DNA from: an uncultured Desulfobacter sp.
GTDB lineage: Bacteria > Desulfobacterota > Desulfobacteria > Desulfobacterales > Desulfobacteraceae
Reading direction: 5' to 3'
DNA: 64,000 nucleotides
NCBI GenBank assembly: GCA_963665095.1
Contig: OY762069.1
Coordinates: 5,792,001 to 5,856,000 of the forward strand
Each line of letters opens with the position of its first letter. The stretch's first letter is position 1. Position numbers and translations under genes: made by a program. The notes under the pieces are model-generated. The model did not search any database. It was not told the DNA's origin and was given only the letters and a program-made list of their open reading frames with translations. Shown piece after piece: positions 60,358 to 64,000 of this stretch.

Positions 60358-60642
60358 ATGAGAAAAAATTATACCGGAAAGTTCAAAGCTAAAGTTGTAG
60401 TTGATGTGATTCGAGAAAATGAAACTCTTGCGGAGTTGTCATCCAAATACCAGGTTCATCGAACTATGTTAAACAGATGGAAGAAAGAAGCGATAGAGGG
60501 TCTTCCGACGTTGTTTTCATCAGCGAAAAAGAAAAGCCCAAATGATACTCAGAATCTAATAGACGAATTATATAAGAAAATCGGTCAGCTCGAAGTTGAG
60601 AATGACTGGTTAAAAAAAAAGGTTAATACAATCAATCTCTGA
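60358..60642 (+). CDS. IS3 OrfA (HTH)
   Basis: FKAKV..TLAELSSKYQVH..WKK..LYKKIGQLEVENDWLKKK. Confidence 0.9.
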   Translation: MRKNYTGKFKAKVVVDVIRENETLAELSSKYQVHRTMLNRWKKEAIEGLPTLFSSAKKKSPNDTQNLIDELYKKIGQLEVENDWLKKKVNTINL

Positions 60643-60652
60643 CAGAAGGGGG

Positions 60653-61459
60653 TTGATAGATAAACAACATCCTTCCATCAGCATTAACCGGCAGTGTGAA
60701 CTGCTTCAGGTTTCAAAAGGGGCGTTGTATTACAGGCCGGTAGCCATAAGCCCGTATACATTAACCCTTATGGATCTGCTTGATGAGCAGCATACCAAAA
60801 CCCCCTTTTATGGAAGCCGTAGGCTTACAGCCTGGCTGAACAATATGGGGTATCCGGTAAGCAGGAAACGAGTACAGCGCCTGATGAAGCTGATGAGAAT
60901 AGAAGCGATTTACCCAGGACCTAAAACAACAAGGAGGGATGAAAGCCATAAAGTTTACCCCTATTTGCTGAAAAATGCCGTAATTGACAGGCCAGATCAG
61001 GTATGGAGTACAGATATCACATACATTAGAATTGGAAACGGATTTATGTACTTATTGGCGGTTATGGATTGGTTTAGCAGATATGTCCTTTCATGGCGCC
61101 TCAGTAACACCCTTGAGAATACATTTTGTATTGAGGCCCTTGAGGAGGCATTGATTGTATCGACACCTGAGATTTTCAACACTGACCAGGGTAGTCAGTT
61201 CACTTCATTAAAATTTTTGAAGATACTCCAGGCTAAAAACATCAAAATCAGCATGGATTCAAAGGGCAGAGCCTTGGACAACGTTTTTGTGGAACGGCTG
61301 TGGAGAACGATTAAATACGAAGAAGTCTATTTGAAGGACTACAGAACGGTAAGAGAGGCTCAGCAATCGTTAAAAGCGTTTATCGGGTTTTATAATCGGG
61401 AGAGACTTCATTCAGCCCTGGGGTATAAGGTGCCGTTTTCGGTCTATCGAGCGGCTTAA
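60653..61459 (+). CDS. IS3 OrfB (DDE transposase)
   Basis: YGSRR, WSTDITY, NTDQGSQF, DN..ERLWRTIKYE. Confidence 0.93.
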   Translation: MIDKQHPSISINRQCELLQVSKGALYYRPVAISPYTLTLMDLLDEQHTKTPFYGSRRLTAWLNNMGYPVSRKRVQRLMKLMRIEAIYPGPKTTRRDESHKVYPYLLKNAVIDRPDQVWSTDITYIRIGNGFMYLLAVMDWFSRYVLSWRLSNTLENTFCIEALEEALIVSTPEIFNTDQGSQFTSLKFLKILQAKNIKISMDSKGRALDNVFVERLWRTIKYEEVYLKDYRTVREAQQSLKAFIGFYNRERLHSALGYKVPFSVYRAA

Positions 61460-61860
61460 AGGAAAGGCCTGATGCCTCCGGCGGCCCTACGGGGTATTGA
61501 TTTCGCGCTAAGGCGCGAGGATTTAACGCATTAAGGACAAAAACATGGGGGAAGGACAGCATACATTAAACGTATACTGCCCCCATGTCTTCGTCGCCAG
61601 CCACGGCGCTCAGGTTGCTTCCCAGCATTGCCCTATCCTCCGGGTTGGCGGCGGGAGGATAACATAGCGGTATTAAATATCAAGAAAAATATGCCGGAAA
61701 AGAGGGTCTTTAACAGGCTGATTCGAAATTAGAAACAGAGAAAATGTAGCTTAAAAAACGTTAAAATCGGTCTTGACATGGGGTCCACTTCAGTGAACAA
61801 TTCAACGCCATTCATGCCAACTTAACCTTGACCTGTGTGGTCATTAGAGAAAAATGAGTT

Positions 61861-64000
61861 ATGACTGAACAGGATGCATTGCTAAAAAAAATCGCAGACC
61901 TTGAAGCGGAGCTGGCCAGAGAAAAAAAAGTGGTGCTTGCACTAAAAGACCGGGTGAAAAAAAGTGTCAAATCCGCGGGCAACGCCTATGCACTGTTTGA
62001 GAGCAATATCCTGCTTCAGGATGCGGTTGCCAAAAAGACCAGGGAGCTTGAAAAAGCCATGGCTGAAGCGACCGCATCCACACAAGCCAAAAGTGAATTT
62101 CTGGCCAATATGAGCCATGAGATCCGCACGCCCATGAATGCCATCATCGGGATGACCTATCTTTTAAAACAAACTGACCCCACAGACAGGCAGCTGGACT
62201 ATATTTCCAAAATTGAATCATCCGCCGGATCTTTATTGGGGATTATCAACGATATTTTAGATATTTCAAAAATTGAAGCCGGCAGGCTGGATCTTGAAGC
62301 AATTGATTTCAATCTTCACAAAATCATCGAAGACGTTACCCTGCTTGTCGAAGAATCTGCGTTGGAAAAAGGGCTGAATTTTGTCGTCTCCTACGGCAAT
62401 CTTACCCATATGAATTTCCATGGTGATCCTTTACGCCTGGCCCAAGTGCTGACGAATCTGGCAAACAATGCCGTAAAATTCACGGAGCAAGGCCAGGTTG
62501 GTATATACATTGAACACCTGGCCATGGACAGGTATCGCTTTGAAGTAAGGGATACCGGTATCGGTTTGACCCGGGAACAACAGGACAGATTGTTTCGGTC
62601 TTTCAGCCAGGCCGATGCAAGTATCACCCGTAAATATGGCGGCACCGGTTTGGGGCTGTCCATCTGCAAACACCTGGTGGCGTTGATGGACGGAAGTATC
62701 TGGGTGGAAAGCGAGCACGGTAAGGGCAGCCAATTTATTTTTGAAATCAACCTTAAGACGCGTAACAACGAGGAACGGCAAGTCAGGCAGTTTGAGAACA
62801 AACAGGTGCTCATTGTAGATGACACCCATTCGTGGCAGCAGATATTAAAGACCATGCTTGCACGGTTTTCCATCAAGGCGGATCTGGCCGACAGCGGCGA
62901 ACAGGCGCTATCCATGATTGTTGACCGGAAAAAAGTTTATGATATGATCCTGTTGGATTGGCATATGCCGCCCGGCATAGATGGTCTCCGGACAGCCGGA
63001 ATGATACAAAAACACTGCAAATCCATGTCGCCGATCATTATGATGACCGCAAGCTGTCAAAAAGAATTGCTGCAACAGACAGCCACGGGAGATGAGTATA
63101 ATGCAATTCTGCTTAAACCTGTTGATCCTTCGGTGCTTTATAATTTGATTATTGCCTTTTTCGACACCGGGGTTGTCAAAAAAAAGCCCTCCGGGACAAA
63201 AACCAGTTCTTTGCAAAAAAAACTTAGCACACGCAGGGGCAGTACGCTTATGCTTGTTGAGGATAATGCCCTTAACCGGGAAATTGTCCGAGGCATGCTG
63301 GATAAAAGCGGTATTGTCATTGAAGAGGCGCTGAACGGCAAACAAGCCGTGCAGATGTATACAGCGGATCCGGACCGGTACGAAATGATACTCATGGATT
63401 TACAAATGCCGGTCATGGACGGATACACGGCAACCCGGGAAATTCGTAAGGTTGATCAAACGGTTCCCATTGTTGCCGTAAGTGCCAATGCCATGGCCGG
63501 AGACAAAGAAAAATCGAGTCAATGCGGAATGAATGATCATATTAACAAGCCCATTGAGGCTGAAGCACTTTTTGCGACAATCCTTGGCTTTATTCCCAAG
63601 AAGTGTGACGACATACAGTCCCCAAAAAACGAAGGCGCCGGATCAGACAAGCTATCCCCGGAAGGATTTCACTTTATTGATACCCGTGCCGGACTCAAAC
63701 AGATGTCCGGTAATGTGAAACTGTACACAAAAATTCTTTGGGATTTTTCCGAAAATTACGACCGCTTGGCTGATAAACTTGATTCTCTTATACGCCATGA
63801 CAGAAAAAAAGCAGCACGGTTAGTCCACACGATAAAAGGGTTAAGCGCCAATATTGGTGCCAAAGCCCTGTATAAGGAAGTTGTTCGTTTGGAAGAACGC
63901 CTCTCCGGGACTGCCGAAACTTCGCCGGCGCCGTTCACAAAAGCGTTGCAATGCGTGGTTGATGAAATAAAGGCAAACAAATTATACAGGGACGACTTCC
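61861..64000 (+). CDS. Cytoplasmic hybrid histidine kinase (coiled coil, HisKA, HATPase, REC, REC, Hpt); runs off the window
   Basis: Own translation: [54 protein letters not shown]; not in the ORF track because no stop falls inside the window. Confidence 0.92.
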   Translation, partial: MTEQDALLKKIADLEAELAREKKVVLALKDRVKKSVKSAGNAYALFESNILLQDAVAKKTRELEKAMAEATASTQAKSEFLANMSHEIRTPMNAIIGMTYLLKQTDPTDRQLDYISKIESSAGSLLGIINDILDISKIEAGRLDLEAIDFNLHKIIEDVTLLVEESALEKGLNFVVSYGNLTHMNFHGDPLRLAQVLTNLANNAVKFTEQGQVGIYIEHLAMDRYRFEVRDTGIGLTREQQDRLFRSFSQADASITRKYGGTGLGLSICKHLVALMDGSIWVESEHGKGSQFIFEINLKTRNNEERQVRQFENKQVLIVDDTHSWQQILKTMLARFSIKADLADSGEQALSMIVDRKKVYDMILLDWHMPPGIDGLRTAGMIQKHCKSMSPIIMMTASCQKELLQQTATGDEYNAILLKPVDPSVLYNLIIAFFDTGVVKKKPSGTKTSSLQKKLSTRRGSTLMLVEDNALNREIVRGMLDKSGIVIEEALNGKQAVQMYTADPDRYEMILMDLQMPVMDGYTATREIRKVDQTVPIVAVSANAMAGDKEKSSQCGMNDHINKPIEAEALFATILGFIPKKCDDIQSPKNEGAGSDKLSPEGFHFIDTRAGLKQMSGNVKLYTKILWDFSENYDRLADKLDSLIRHDRKKAARLVHTIKGLSANIGAKALYKEVVRLEERLSGTAETSPAPFTKALQCVVDEIKANKLYRDDF

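Larger units (their letters stand above)
60269..61792 (+). mobile_element. IS3-family insertion sequence, 1524 bp, 3-bp target duplication GTG
   Basis: Ends TATAATGGACCCC / GGGGTCCACTTCA; GTG at 60266-60268 and 61793-61795. Confidence 0.92.
59194..61857 (+). pseudogene. Second NosP-like FIST gene interrupted near its 3' end by an IS3 element
   Basis: Removing 60269-61792 and one GTG restores GFSSYGEQFNAIHANLTLTCVVIREK*. Confidence 0.9.

Noticed and set aside
62391..63980. Minus-strand ORFs near the window end, and similar antisense ORFs throughout
   Set aside because: Shadows of well-supported genes on the opposite strand, here the kinase starting at 61861

Overview
64-kb chromosomal window from a sulfate-reducing Desulfobacterota bacterium, most like Desulfobacteraceae (inferred from DVU0259/DVU0298-type, DsrE-type and MesB-type genes and many hybrid kinases). 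The left third is mostly intact: proC, frameshifted sfsA, rarD, tsaA/trmO, clpB and sigma54 modules. It also holds the most unusual system: a putatively sigma54-driven operon of a Cache/HAMP histidine kinase, a stand-alone receiver and a receiver fused to a complete formate/nitrite (FNT) channel, with no DNA-binding output. From ~24 kb on, the region is accessory and decaying. It has internally collapsed and chimeric gene fragments (LysR, MBL/RecQ-UvrD/RND, GNAT/SDR, adenylate cyclase, ThrRS editing domain, IS91-like transposase, resolvase, a 21-codon group II intron RT scrap), a tRNA-Leu 3'-end att-like scar and a perfect 50-bp palindrome. It also has two FIST/NosP modules (FIST + PAS-SpoIIE; FIST-FIST + hybrid kinase, the second FIST split by a 1524-bp IS3 element with a GTG target duplication). 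No CRISPR, rRNA or intact tRNA was seen. All calls come from motif recognition by eye, without database searches.
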